Positions 8,658 through 17,879 of a DNA stretch of 64,000 nt are shown in pieces. Each line of letters opens with the position of its first letter. Position 1 is the first letter of the stretch. A model generated the notes under the pieces. That model was not told the DNA's origin, did no database searches, and saw nothing but the letters and a program-made list of their open reading frames with translations. The translations under genes and the position numbers were made by a program. The stretch is from Candidatus Izemoplasmatales bacterium (lineage in GTDB: Bacteria > Bacillota_I > Bacilli_A > Izemoplasmatales > Hujiaoplasmataceae): contig JBMNEZ010000001.1 of the NCBI GenBank assembly GCA_050949045.1, positions 192,001 through 256,000 on the forward strand, read 5' to 3'.

Positions 8658-9662
8658 ATGAGCCTACTGGAAATTAAGAATCTTCACACATATTTCACAA
8701 CCAGACGGGGATTGATCAAAGCCGCCTATGGTGTTTCTTTGAAAGTTGAAGAAGGTCAGACCCTTGGCATTGTCGGTGAATCCGGCAGCGGCAAGAGCGT
8801 TACTGCTATGAGTATTCTGAAACTATTCGAGAAAAACCAGAAGATCCATGAAGGAGAAATCTGGTTCCAAGGAGAGAAAATCTCCGATTTTAACGATGCG
8901 GAACTAAGAAAGATTCGCGGCAACAAAATTTCCGTCATATTCCAAGAACCGATGACCAGCTTGAACCCGGTTTTGACCGTGAAAAAGCAGCTTTTCGAAG
9001 TATTGATGCTTCACCAAAATTTAAATAAAGAACAAGCATATAAACGGGTGCTCGATTTGCTGGCTGAAGTCGGCATTTCTAACCCTGACAAGATTGCCAA
9101 TGCTTATTCATTCCAACTTTCAGGAGGCATGAGCCAAAGAGTAATGATTGCTATGGCTCTCGCTTGCCGGCCGAAGTTGCTGATTGCCGACGAACCCACA
9201 ACTGCGCTTGATGTCACCATTCAAGCTCAGATTTTGAAATTGATGAACGATCTGAAACGAGAGTTGGGAACGTCGATCATTTTTGTTACCCACGACCTTG
9301 GCGTTATCAACGAAATGGCCGATGTCGTTGTCGTCATGTATTGCGGACAAGTGGTTGAAAGTACTTCTGCGAATGTCATTTTTGCGCAAAAGTCAGATTA
9401 CATGCATCCTTATACTGAAGGCTTGATGCTTTCTATTCCTAGATTGTCTGACAAGAAAGGCAGAAAGCTTGAGGTTATTCCTGGCGCTGTCCCTCACCCA
9501 CTCGATTTGCCGGTTGGCTGTAAGTTCGCACCGAGATGCAAATATGCTACGGAAAAGTGCAAACATGAGGATCCAGAATATCTTGAGGTGGAACCGAATC
9601 ATTTCGTTCGTTGTTTCTATCCGAGAAATGAGGTGCGACGCAGTGGCAAACACAACAAATAG
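8658..9662 (+). CDS. oppD: Oligopeptide ABC ATP-binding protein OppD/DppD
   Basis: [34 protein letters not shown]-terminal Cys4 motif [10 protein letters not shown]. Start ATG 8658. Confidence 0.93.
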   Translation: MSLLEIKNLHTYFTTRRGLIKAAYGVSLKVEEGQTLGIVGESGSGKSVTAMSILKLFEKNQKIHEGEIWFQGEKISDFNDAELRKIRGNKISVIFQEPMTSLNPVLTVKKQLFEVLMLHQNLNKEQAYKRVLDLLAEVGISNPDKIANAYSFQLSGGMSQRVMIAMALACRPKLLIADEPTTALDVTIQAQILKLMNDLKRELGTSIIFVTHDLGVINEMADVVVVMYCGQVVESTSANVIFAQKSDYMHPYTEGLMLSIPRLSDKKGRKLEVIPGAVPHPLDLPVGCKFAPRCKYATEKCKHEDPEYLEVEPNHFVRCFYPRNEVRRSGKHNK

Positions 9663-11205
9663 AGCCCCCTTGATTCAAGTCAAGGAGTTAAAAAAGTACT
9701 TTCCCCTCAAGAAAAATACTTTTCTTGATCGCAAACAAATCTACGTCAGAGCTGTTGAGGACGTCAATATCACCCTTTTTGAAGGTGAAACATTCGGATT
9801 AGTTGGAGAGAGTGGTTGTGGTAAATCAACTCTTGGTCGGATTATCCTCCAACTCTATGAGCCAACAAGCGGTAGTGTTGCCTATTACGGTTCTATTTTT
9901 AAAACGATGACACTTGACTACATCGTCAAAGAAATTAAGATGCTTTCAGAGTACCAAGAAAAGGCTAAAAAGTGCTACTATCAAGGAACTATGATTGATG
10001 AACAAGCCGCCAATTGTCAAAAAGAGATGGATTCGATTCTGACCGCGTGCTCTGGGCTTGAGAAAGGTTGCAAAGAAGAAAAAATCGGGCAGAAAAATTA
10101 TGAACGCTTAAGCAAACGACTTGCCAGACTACAAACAAAAGCGCTTGCGAAGAAAAAACAATCATCAAGATACTTGCGCCAAGGATCGCGGATGATAGGC
10201 AGTTTGATTTTATCGAGCAAACTTAATGAGATTGTCGAATTGTTGCTCAAGGCTGTTGGGAAAGTCAAGCATAATCGGGATATCATCTTGGCTCTTGGAG
10301 ACAGTTATCCTGAATACTTTACCGAGGATCTTGTTGATTTGTTCGACAAGATCAAGAGTTATCGTGACAAAGATTATCTGCCCATCATCGCGCCGGCTCT
10401 TAGTGAAAATTTTCAAGCATCGCTGGATTATTACCGCGAATCAGGAATCATGCTCCAACTTCTTGACAAAGAAGAGATGCGCCAACTCCGGAGAAAACTG
10501 CAGATCATTTTCCAAGATCCGTATTCTTCACTTGATACTAGGATGACAGTTGGTCAGATAATCGGTGAAGCTGTGGTGGAACATGGCCTTTACAAAAAAG
10601 GTTCGAAAGAACTCGAGGATTATGTTATCGAGACTATGGCAAAGTGTGGCCTTGACCATTATATGTTGCACCGGTTTCCGCACCAGTTCTCCGGCGGACA
10701 GAGACAAAGAATCGGAATTGCGAGAGCCCTTGCGCTCAAACCGGAATTTGTCGTATGTGATGAAGCCGTCAGCGCCCTTGATGTATCGATCCAATCGCAG
10801 ATTATCAATCTCTTGATGGAACTCAAGGCACAGGAAAAACTGACCTACCTTTTCATTTCCCATGATCTGAGTGTTATCAAGCATATCAGTGATCGTATCG
10901 GCGTCATGTATCTTGGAGTGATGGTCGAACTTGGGCAATCCGAAGAAATCTATGACAATCCGCTCCATCCATATACCAAAGCATTAATGTCAGCCATTCC
11001 CACTACCGATGAAATCCAGCCGGAAAGAATCCTTCTCAAAGGTGAAATCCCATCGAATATTTTCCCGCCATCGGGCTGCAAATTCCGAACTAGATGCCCG
11101 CTTGCACGGGAAAGGTGTGCTAAGGAAGTCCCTGTCTACAGAGAAATCAAACCAGGCCACTTTGTTGCTTGTCACTTCTATGAAGAGACGAAGGATATGA
11201 AATAA
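9643..11205 (+). CDS. oppF: Oligopeptide ABC ATP-binding protein OppF/DppF with ~190-aa insertion
   Basis: GESGCGKS, FQDPYSSL, FSGGQRQR, CDEAVSALD, C-terminal Cys4 motif. Likely GTG start at 9643 after GAGGTG RBS. Confidence 0.88.
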   Translation: MANTTNRAPLIQVKELKKYFPLKKNTFLDRKQIYVRAVEDVNITLFEGETFGLVGESGCGKSTLGRIILQLYEPTSGSVAYYGSIFKTMTLDYIVKEIKMLSEYQEKAKKCYYQGTMIDEQAANCQKEMDSILTACSGLEKGCKEEKIGQKNYERLSKRLARLQTKALAKKKQSSRYLRQGSRMIGSLILSSKLNEIVELLLKAVGKVKHNRDIILALGDSYPEYFTEDLVDLFDKIKSYRDKDYLPIIAPALSENFQASLDYYRESGIMLQLLDKEEMRQLRRKLQIIFQDPYSSLDTRMTVGQIIGEAVVEHGLYKKGSKELEDYVIETMAKCGLDHYMLHRFPHQFSGGQRQRIGIARALALKPEFVVCDEAVSALDVSIQSQIINLLMELKAQEKLTYLFISHDLSVIKHISDRIGVMYLGVMVELGQSEEIYDNPLHPYTKALMSAIPTTDEIQPERILLKGEIPSNIFPPSGCKFRTRCPLARERCAKEVPVYREIKPGHFVACHFYEETKDMK

Positions 11206-11207
11206 CT

Positions 11208-11399
11208 ATGCGCTATCGAGAATCAAGAGAAGAAAGGCAAAAGAAAATCGAACGCGCCAAGGAATTACTCAAGGAAACACCGCCGGAAAAAAACGATGTT
11301 CTGGCGATGATTATTGCGGCGTTCATCGTCTTTCTTCCGGTTCTCATCATAATCCTTGCTTTTCTTATTTTGATAATCGGCTTTCTCTTTTTATGGTAG
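11208..11399 (+). CDS. Small membrane protein (63 aa), last gene of the opp-type operon
   Basis: Starts 2 nt after the oppF stop and ends before the terminator; charged N-terminus and ~32-aa hydrophobic C-terminus. Confidence 0.7.
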   Translation: MRYRESREERQKKIERAKELLKETPPEKNDVLAMIIAAFIVFLPVLIIILAFLILIIGFLFLW

Positions 11400-11400
11400 T

Positions 11401-11432
11401 AAAAGGGTGATCAATCGTTCACCCTTTTATTA
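11401..11432 (+). terminator. Intrinsic terminator of the opp-type operon
   Basis: AAAAGGGTGA-tcaatcgt-TCACCCTTTT then T-rich tail. Confidence 0.8.
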
Positions 11433-11493
11433 TTTGCAAGCAACTGATATAATTACAGGTAGAATCACCAAATAATTTTTAAAGAGGTAAAAA

Positions 11494-13233
11494 GTGAACA
11501 CATTGACATTTGAACAAAAACTGCTTCGCAGGAATAAATGGTTCTATTCTATCGGTGGAATCGGTAGGGACATGATCTATCAGCTGGTTGCGACTTTTTT
11601 CATCACCTATGTCCAGTTTTCTGGGCTCGGGTTGTCGGCGCTACAATTCACGGTAATCGGCGTCATGCTCGTTATCGGAAGGATCTGGGATGCGGTCAAC
11701 GATCCGATCATGGGAACGATTGTTGAAAACACCCGCTCGCGCTGGGGCAAATTCCGCCCTTGGATCATGATCGGGGCGCTGCTCAGCGGAATCGTCATCA
11801 TTTTTATGTTCAACTTCCGGCCGAGTGGCTGGGCGTTCGTCGCTTTTTTCTTTGTTATCTATCTTTTCTGGGAAGCCTCTTTTACTCTCAATGACATCCC
11901 TTACTGGTCATTGATTCCGGCCTTGTCCAAGAACAAGAAAGACCGGGACATGATCACGACGATGGTCGTTGTCTTCGCAGCCGTCGGCGCTTTCGCCGGC
12001 AATGCAATCATCACATTGACGACAGTCGGTCAGATGGTCAGGGGCTACAGCATTATTTCTTATACTTTTGTCGTGTTTTTCATTGCCTGTACTTGTCTGA
12101 CGGTTTTTGGAGTAAAAGAGCCGAAAGAGAGTTATGAGGAAGAAAAGCAGGAAAAGGTCACGATCAGGAAAATGTTCAAGGTCATCGCTAGGAATGACCA
12201 GTTGTTATGGGCATCGCTGGCCTTGATGCTCTACAGCATCGGTTCGGGCCTGCTGGTTGCGCTGGGCTACAACTTTTTCTGGCTTGAGATCGGCTACAAC
12301 GGTTTCTTGACAATGATTTTTGTCATCAGTTTTGCCGTATCGAACATCGCAGTCCAGAGTTTTTACTCCGTTCTCGCCAAAAAGTTTTCCCGAAAGCAAC
12401 TGGTGAGTGTCAGCTTTATCATTCTTGCTTTCGGCTATTTGATGATGTTTTTGCTGGGGTGGTTTGATTTCTTGCCCGTCAATATCTATACCGCTGTCTT
12501 CTTCGGCTTGTTTGTTTTCGGAGGTCAGGCGATCTTCTATATGGTCGTCGTCGTCAATATGACGAACACAATCGAGTATAACGAGTACAAGACCGGGGAG
12601 CGGAATGAGGCGATCGTCTTTTCTCTGAGGCCGTTTGTGGCCAAATTTTCGAGCGCGCTCCAAGGTTTGATCACAACGCTTGTATTGGTTGTATCCGGTG
12701 TTTATGTGATGAGCCAAAACGTCGGTGCCCTGGAGAGCCAGACAAGCTTGTTCAACGAGATGTCCGCTGTGGAACAAGCCGATTTCGTCGACAGCGTCCA
12801 AAACGATGTGGTAGCTCTAAGCCTTGAGGATTTCAATTTGATGACCGAGGAAAACCAAGCGGTCTATATTGAAACAATCAAACTCGAGATCCCGACATTC
12901 AGAGAAAGCGCGCTCAAAGACGAGGAATTGGTCACGCTTCTTTATGCGATGCAGGATCCGAAGAATGCTGTGTTCTCGTTCAATGATGATCCGAATGATA
13001 AAATCAAAGATGGTTGGAGCATGGAAATTAACAAGGCGGCCGACAGTGTGTTTTTGAACAAGGCGACTTTTCCGATGCGATTTCTGCTTCGGCTTTCGAT
13101 CACTTTGGTCCCGAGTCTCTTGATATTTGGAGCGTTGTGGATCCTCAGAAAAAAATACATTATCACGGAAGAATACTACGAGAAAATAACCGAAGAAGTA
13201 AAAAACAGGAAAAAGAACGAAGGATTCTCCTGA
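11494..13233 (+). CDS. Glycoside-pentoside-hexuronide (MelB-like, MFS_2) cation symporter with large late loop
   Basis: RIWDAVNDPIMG, TRSRWGKFRPW, DIPYWS, IEYNEYKTGERNEA motifs; ~12 TM; GTG start with GAGGT RBS. Confidence 0.9.
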   Translation: MNTLTFEQKLLRRNKWFYSIGGIGRDMIYQLVATFFITYVQFSGLGLSALQFTVIGVMLVIGRIWDAVNDPIMGTIVENTRSRWGKFRPWIMIGALLSGIVIIFMFNFRPSGWAFVAFFFVIYLFWEASFTLNDIPYWSLIPALSKNKKDRDMITTMVVVFAAVGAFAGNAIITLTTVGQMVRGYSIISYTFVVFFIACTCLTVFGVKEPKESYEEEKQEKVTIRKMFKVIARNDQLLWASLALMLYSIGSGLLVALGYNFFWLEIGYNGFLTMIFVISFAVSNIAVQSFYSVLAKKFSRKQLVSVSFIILAFGYLMMFLLGWFDFLPVNIYTAVFFGLFVFGGQAIFYMVVVVNMTNTIEYNEYKTGERNEAIVFSLRPFVAKFSSALQGLITTLVLVVSGVYVMSQNVGALESQTSLFNEMSAVEQADFVDSVQNDVVALSLEDFNLMTEENQAVYIETIKLEIPTFRESALKDEELVTLLYAMQDPKNAVFSFNDDPNDKIKDGWSMEINKAADSVFLNKATFPMRFLLRLSITLVPSLLIFGALWILRKKYIITEEYYEKITEEVKNRKKNEGFS

Positions 13234-13373
13234 TCGACTGTGGGGCGCAATGCTATGGTCGGTAACCTGCCGCTTTCGTGGCGCCAAAACCGCTGAGCAC
13301 TTCGCTTTATTAGCGCTTTCATATATGTTATAATCCTATTGGAATGGAAATGAAATAATAGGAGGAAACAATA

Positions 13374-14051
13374 ATGGAAGAAAGACAAATTGTAAAAATG
13401 CCATTGATCGGTGAAAAGGCACCGGCATTCACTGCCAAGACCACGCAAGGACAAATCAAATTTCCCGAGGATTATTTGGGAAAATGGGTAATTCTCTTTT
13501 CCCACCCGGCCGATTTTACACCTGTTTGCACCACGGAATTCATGACTTTCGCCAGTATGATGGGAGAGTTCAAGGCGTTGAACACCGAACTGATCGGACT
13601 GTCGATCGATTCTCTATACGCCCATATCGCCTGGTTGAGACGAATTCGCGAACTGGAATGGAAAGGCATGAAAAACCTGGAAGTGACATTCCCGTTGATT
13701 GAAGATATCACGATGGAAGTCGCCAACAAGTATGGCATGATCCAACCTGGCCAGTCCACCACTCAAGCGGTTCGCGCTGTATTTGTGATCGACCCCGAAG
13801 GTGTGATCAGGACAATCCTTTACTATCCTCAGTCCTTGGGACGGAACTTTGACGAAATCAAACGGATCATTCTCGCTCTTCAAAAAGCCGACCGCGACCA
13901 TGTGGCCACACCGGCCGACTGGCGTCCCGGTGAAGACACCATTGTGCCGGCAGCCGGTTCTTGCGGAGCCGCTAAAGAGCGGATGGAACAGAAAAAAGAT
14001 GATGTATATTGCCTTGACTGGTTCCTGTGCTTCAAGAAAGAGAAAAAATAA
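13374..14051 (+). CDS. Peroxiredoxin (Prx6/archaeal-type)
   Basis: FSHPADFTPVCTTE, YYPQSLGRN, TPADW, C-terminal DWFLC; TGTTATAAT promoter at 13326-13334. Confidence 0.92.
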   Translation: MEERQIVKMPLIGEKAPAFTAKTTQGQIKFPEDYLGKWVILFSHPADFTPVCTTEFMTFASMMGEFKALNTELIGLSIDSLYAHIAWLRRIRELEWKGMKNLEVTFPLIEDITMEVANKYGMIQPGQSTTQAVRAVFVIDPEGVIRTILYYPQSLGRNFDEIKRIILALQKADRDHVATPADWRPGEDTIVPAAGSCGAAKERMEQKKDDVYCLDWFLCFKKEKK

Positions 14052-14062
14052 CTGTCTAGATC

Positions 14063-14093
14063 AAAAAAGATGTGTGCCAGCACATCTTTTTTT
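14063..14093. terminator. Bidirectional terminator
   Basis: AAAAAAGATGTG-tgccag-CACATCTTTTTT between convergent genes. Confidence 0.8.
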
Positions 14094-14097
14094 CTGA

Positions 14098-15210
14098 TCA
14101 CGGGATCAGTTTGATTTCCATCATTACCGGATTGTGGTCACTGTACAGAAAATCAAGATCAAGGGTTTCCACGCCAAGGATGTCGATGTTGTCGGAGACG
14201 ATGAACCCGTCGATGACATAGTATTGGTTGTTTTCATGATTATCAGTATCATAGGGTTGATGGAGAAGCCTGCAGGTCGGTGTCGAGACATCGACGCCAA
14301 AGGTAAATCCATTTTCAAGAAACCAGTCTGCATTCATCGGGAAAGCCTCCCAATATTCCGGGTTTTTAAGTGGATATAAATAGTGGTTGGTTTCGTTTTC
14401 GCCATCGATAAGAGCTTGGGGAAATGTTTGGTTGAAGTCGCCGCCGACGATGACATAGTTGCCGGCTTTTGTTTCTGCTTGCATCACTTCCTGCAGATAT
14501 GCCATTTCTTTGAGGCGCATCGAACCGTCGTCATAGGCGGAAAGATGGGCATTGATGATGACGAGATATTTGGATGAGTCCGCTATTGGTAGTTTCGAGA
14601 CGACCAGACATCTTTTGAGGTTCGCCAGATTGACCGGCCAAGCGAAACTTCCGGGCAATTGATGCCTGATCGCAGAATTGACGCGGAAACTGGTGAAACT
14701 GGCGATTCCGGAGTTGACTTCGCCCATCATATGGGAAAAATCGAGCGGGAAGGGAACAAACAGACACCGATAGTTGTATCCGTAAGACGACGGCATTCCT
14801 AAAGCGTCCTTAAAGGCAGAATACTGATTGATATGATAGGAACGGGCGCTGTCTTCGTCGACTTCCTGCAACAAATAAATATCGGCTTCGCTGTCTTCGA
14901 GGATCTGCTTAATGCCGTCAATGTTGGCTTCGACCTCGCTTTTGGTGTCCATCCGCGCTTTGGCACCGCCGTCCATGACAAAATCCTCGGTCTGGCTGAG
15001 TGAAGCATAACCGACATTGAAGGAAAGGATTTTGTATGTGGTATCCAGTTTCAGATGATTTTGGCTTTCATCTGTGAGATTGTCGGTGATCTCGAGTTGC
15101 ACGAGCGGGTCGGGACGGTATTCGAAGATCTGTAATACCAAAATGAAGACAATCACAAACGAGATGGCGGTTAAGATTAACAACATCAAGATTTTGGCGA
15201 TTCGTTTCAT
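14098..15210 (-). CDS. Endonuclease/exonuclease/phosphatase (EEP) family protein, N-terminally membrane anchored
   Basis: SFNVGY, LLQEVD, NAHLSAYD, GGDFNQ, IDGFIVS, YSDHNPV; hydrophobic N-terminus. Confidence 0.88.
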   Translation of the reverse strand: MKRIAKILMLLILTAISFVIVFILVLQIFEYRPDPLVQLEITDNLTDESQNHLKLDTTYKILSFNVGYASLSQTEDFVMDGGAKARMDTKSEVEANIDGIKQILEDSEADIYLLQEVDEDSARSYHINQYSAFKDALGMPSSYGYNYRCLFVPFPLDFSHMMGEVNSGIASFTSFRVNSAIRHQLPGSFAWPVNLANLKRCLVVSKLPIADSSKYLVIINAHLSAYDDGSMRLKEMAYLQEVMQAETKAGNYVIVGGDFNQTFPQALIDGENETNHYLYPLKNPEYWEAFPMNADWFLENGFTFGVDVSTPTCRLLHQPYDTDNHENNQYYVIDGFIVSDNIDILGVETLDLDFLYSDHNPVMMEIKLIP

Positions 15211-15335
15211 CTTTCTTACCTCTTTTCTTGGATAGTGTAGTTATTGGCAATGGTTTTTTGAGAACGTTTTCTCTTTTTGGGCTCGACTTGATATAATAGA
15301 GACGAATGATAATATGTTATCGGGAGGTGAATTCA

Positions 15336-16061
15336 TTGAGTTATATGTTTCTGGCGATGACTGTCGTGATCACGGCGATGTTCATCTTTGTGGAAATGAA
15401 GGAATCCTCATTGTTCTCACTGTTTTTCAAAGCCTTGGCAAGCTTCAGTTTCATCTTGTTGTATTCAATCGTCATCAGCGAGAAGACTGTCCAAGCTGCT
15501 TCTCCTTATTATATTGGCGAGAATTTCATCAGTTTTATGGGGACCGGATCCTTGATTTTCATAGGGCTCGTTGCCGGTTTGATAGGTGATCTTTTGTTGG
15601 GACTCAGGCCGTTATTGCCTCAGGAAGACAACAATGCGATTATCACTTCCGGGATCGTCAGTTTCTCGGTCGGACATATCTTCTACTATTTCGCATTGTT
15701 GAGCATGGACAGATTCAGCGTGTATCCATTGATTATCGGAATCGCAGGTGCTGTGATTATCTATTTCAGCGCCAAATTTTTAGGCATAAAATTGGATAAG
15801 CTTAAAGTCCCGTCACTCATCTATTCGTTTATCATTTTTGTCGTTTTTGGACAGGCGCTGTTCAACGCCATCCATCTTGGCTTCACGCTGACTTCGTTAC
15901 TGTTTTTTGTCGGGACGATTTTGTTTATTGTGTCCGATCTGATTTTGTCGCAGATCTACTTTAGAGAAGGCACCAAAAGGGTGATGGTGATCTACAATCT
16001 TGCCACCTACTATGCCGCACAAATCCTGATCGGCTTTTCTATTCTATATCTTACGATCTGA
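15336..16061 (+). CDS. YhhN/TMEM86 (lysoplasmalogenase) family membrane protein
   Basis: FKALAS, GLIGDLLL, FSVGHIFY, FIVSDLIL, TYYAAQILI. Likely TTG start after GGGAGGTG. Confidence 0.8.
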   Translation: MSYMFLAMTVVITAMFIFVEMKESSLFSLFFKALASFSFILLYSIVISEKTVQAASPYYIGENFISFMGTGSLIFIGLVAGLIGDLLLGLRPLLPQEDNNAIITSGIVSFSVGHIFYYFALLSMDRFSVYPLIIGIAGAVIIYFSAKFLGIKLDKLKVPSLIYSFIIFVVFGQALFNAIHLGFTLTSLLFFVGTILFIVSDLILSQIYFREGTKRVMVIYNLATYYAAQILIGFSILYLTI

Positions 16062-16304
16062 TTATTGCATATGGTTTCTTTATTACCATTATATCTGAAA
16101 CCGCTTATCATTGATAACGAATACTTTATTTTTATTGCGGGTGATGACATAATTCTCGCCGGTCAATGGGTGTGAATCGGGTCCAGGCCTCTTTTTCACC
16201 GATATTCAATTTTCATGTAAGTCCTATTATCAGTTTTTTGCCGTTGTGTTTTATGATTTCCCAGTATATAATCTATTATTATTATGCGGAGGCAGAAAAG
16301 CAAA

Positions 16305-16640
16305 ATGAAACTAGTTGTGTATGTCATGAATGATGTTAGCCTGCTTGATGATTTCTTGCGTCAACTGAACGATAACAATGTCAAAGGAGCGACCATTATC
16401 AAGAGTTCGGGAATGGCGAGAAAGTTGTTTGAGAGTGACGATATGAAATTCATCGGCACTCTTAAAGCGCTGTTTGACAGCCCTCGGGTCGAGTCGAATG
16501 TAATTTTGATGGTTTTACCGGACAACTTGGTTGATACCGTATATAGAGTCATCGAGAATGTGGTTGGCGATTTGAGCAAACCCAATTCGGGGATTGCGTT
16601 CACTCTGCCGATTGAAAATGTGAAAGGCTATAAGTCATAG
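16305..16640 (+). CDS. PII-like (GlnB-fold) protein
   Basis: GATIIKSSGM and VGDLSKPNSGIAFTLPI typical of PII-like proteins; GGAGG RBS before ATG 16305. Confidence 0.75.
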   Translation: MKLVVYVMNDVSLLDDFLRQLNDNNVKGATIIKSSGMARKLFESDDMKFIGTLKALFDSPRVESNVILMVLPDNLVDTVYRVIENVVGDLSKPNSGIAFTLPIENVKGYKS

Positions 16641-16651
16641 GTGAGGATTCG

Positions 16652-17860
16652 ATGGATTTGACGGTTCTTTTTTATGTTGGGGTATTGATCGTTACCGGTC
16701 TTCTTTTTGGGAAGCTGGCAAAACTTGTCCGGCTCCCCAATGTCACTGGTTATCTCGTTGGTGGCTTATTGATCGGGCCCAGTGTTTTGAATTTAATCAA
16801 GGAATCCTATTTTGCCGGACTTGGGTTGGTTTCGGTCGTGGCGCTTGGCTTTATCGCCTTCTCGATTGGCAACGAACTCAAACTGTCATATTTCAAACGG
16901 GTTGGTACCAAACCGATCGTTATTGCCGTGATGGAATCTTTGTTCGCGGTAGTTTTTGTTTTCATTGCGTTAGTCATCTATTTTCTAATTACGGGAAGTC
17001 TTAACAATACGAATATCCGTTTTTCCCTCGTCCTGTCGGCAATCGCCGCGGCGACCGCCCCGGCGGCGACACTGATGGTTGTAAGACAATACAAGGCTAA
17101 AGGAGCCCTAACTGATACTTTGATGAGTGTCGTCGCCATCGATGATTCGGTCGCCATCGTCTTGTTCGGCATCTTGGTTGCCCTCGCCAATGCTTTGGCG
17201 CCTTCCGCGGCCTCGGAACCGTTGGTATTGCAAATCCTCATGCCGTTTTGGGAGATCTTCGCTTCACTGGGAATCGGGTGTGTCATCGGCTTGATTTTGA
17301 CACTCGGATGTCGCTTTTTCACTGGCAGGGGCAACCGCATCAGTCTGGTCATTGCCTCTGTGTTTTTGACGATTTACTTAGCCGATCTTGTGGGGGGATC
17401 CACGCTGCTTGCCGCGATGGCGCTTGGGACGATTTTTGCAAATCTGAGCAGGGAATACGAAGAAGTTAGCGAATTGGTCTCTTTTGTGACTCCCCCGATT
17501 TTCATCATGTTCTTTGTTTTGAGCGGAGCCGAACTGAATCTAGGAATATTGAAGATCGTGGGATTATTGGGCTTCATCTATATTATCAGCCGCGTTTGCG
17601 GTAAAATTTTCGGTGCTTGGTTTGGTGGGAAAATCACCAAGGCAGAAACAAAAATCACCAAATATCTTGGCTTTGCCTTGATTCCTCAGGCCGGAGTGGC
17701 TATCGGTCTAAGTTTGGTCGCGACCCAGGTATTAAATCCGGACATGGGGATGAGTATCAGGGCAATCGTCCTCGGGGCGACGCTTATTTATGAGTTGCTG
17801 GGACCGGTTGTGACCAAAGCGACATTACAGAAAGCCGGAGAGATCGAAAGCAGAAGCTGA
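16652..17860 (+). CDS. Cation:proton antiporter (CPA2/Na_H_Exchanger family)
   Basis: LPNVTGYL, AFSIGNEL, ATAPAAT, VAIDD, FFVLSGA, PQAGVAIGL. Confidence 0.9.
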   Translation: MDLTVLFYVGVLIVTGLLFGKLAKLVRLPNVTGYLVGGLLIGPSVLNLIKESYFAGLGLVSVVALGFIAFSIGNELKLSYFKRVGTKPIVIAVMESLFAVVFVFIALVIYFLITGSLNNTNIRFSLVLSAIAAATAPAATLMVVRQYKAKGALTDTLMSVVAIDDSVAIVLFGILVALANALAPSAASEPLVLQILMPFWEIFASLGIGCVIGLILTLGCRFFTGRGNRISLVIASVFLTIYLADLVGGSTLLAAMALGTIFANLSREYEEVSELVSFVTPPIFIMFFVLSGAELNLGILKIVGLLGFIYIISRVCGKIFGAWFGGKITKAETKITKYLGFALIPQAGVAIGLSLVATQVLNPDMGMSIRAIVLGATLIYELLGPVVTKATLQKAGEIESRS

Positions 17861-17879
17861 TTCATCAGGGAGGTTAAAG

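Noticed and set aside
9469..9642. N-terminal extension of oppF overlapping oppD
   Set aside because: Overlaps the conserved oppD C-terminus; GTG 9643 has a good RBS.
13234..13310. Resemblance to c-di-GMP-I riboswitch pieces (GGGCGCAATGC; GGTTACCGA)
   Set aside because: The two pieces lie on opposite strands, the GGCAAAC P2 start is absent, and the segment is upstream of the next promoter.
16135..16200. GGTGATGA... segment upstream of the PII/antiporter genes considered as a fluoride or Na+ riboswitch
   Set aside because: Required pairings were not found, and it lies upstream of the apparent -10 at ~16267.
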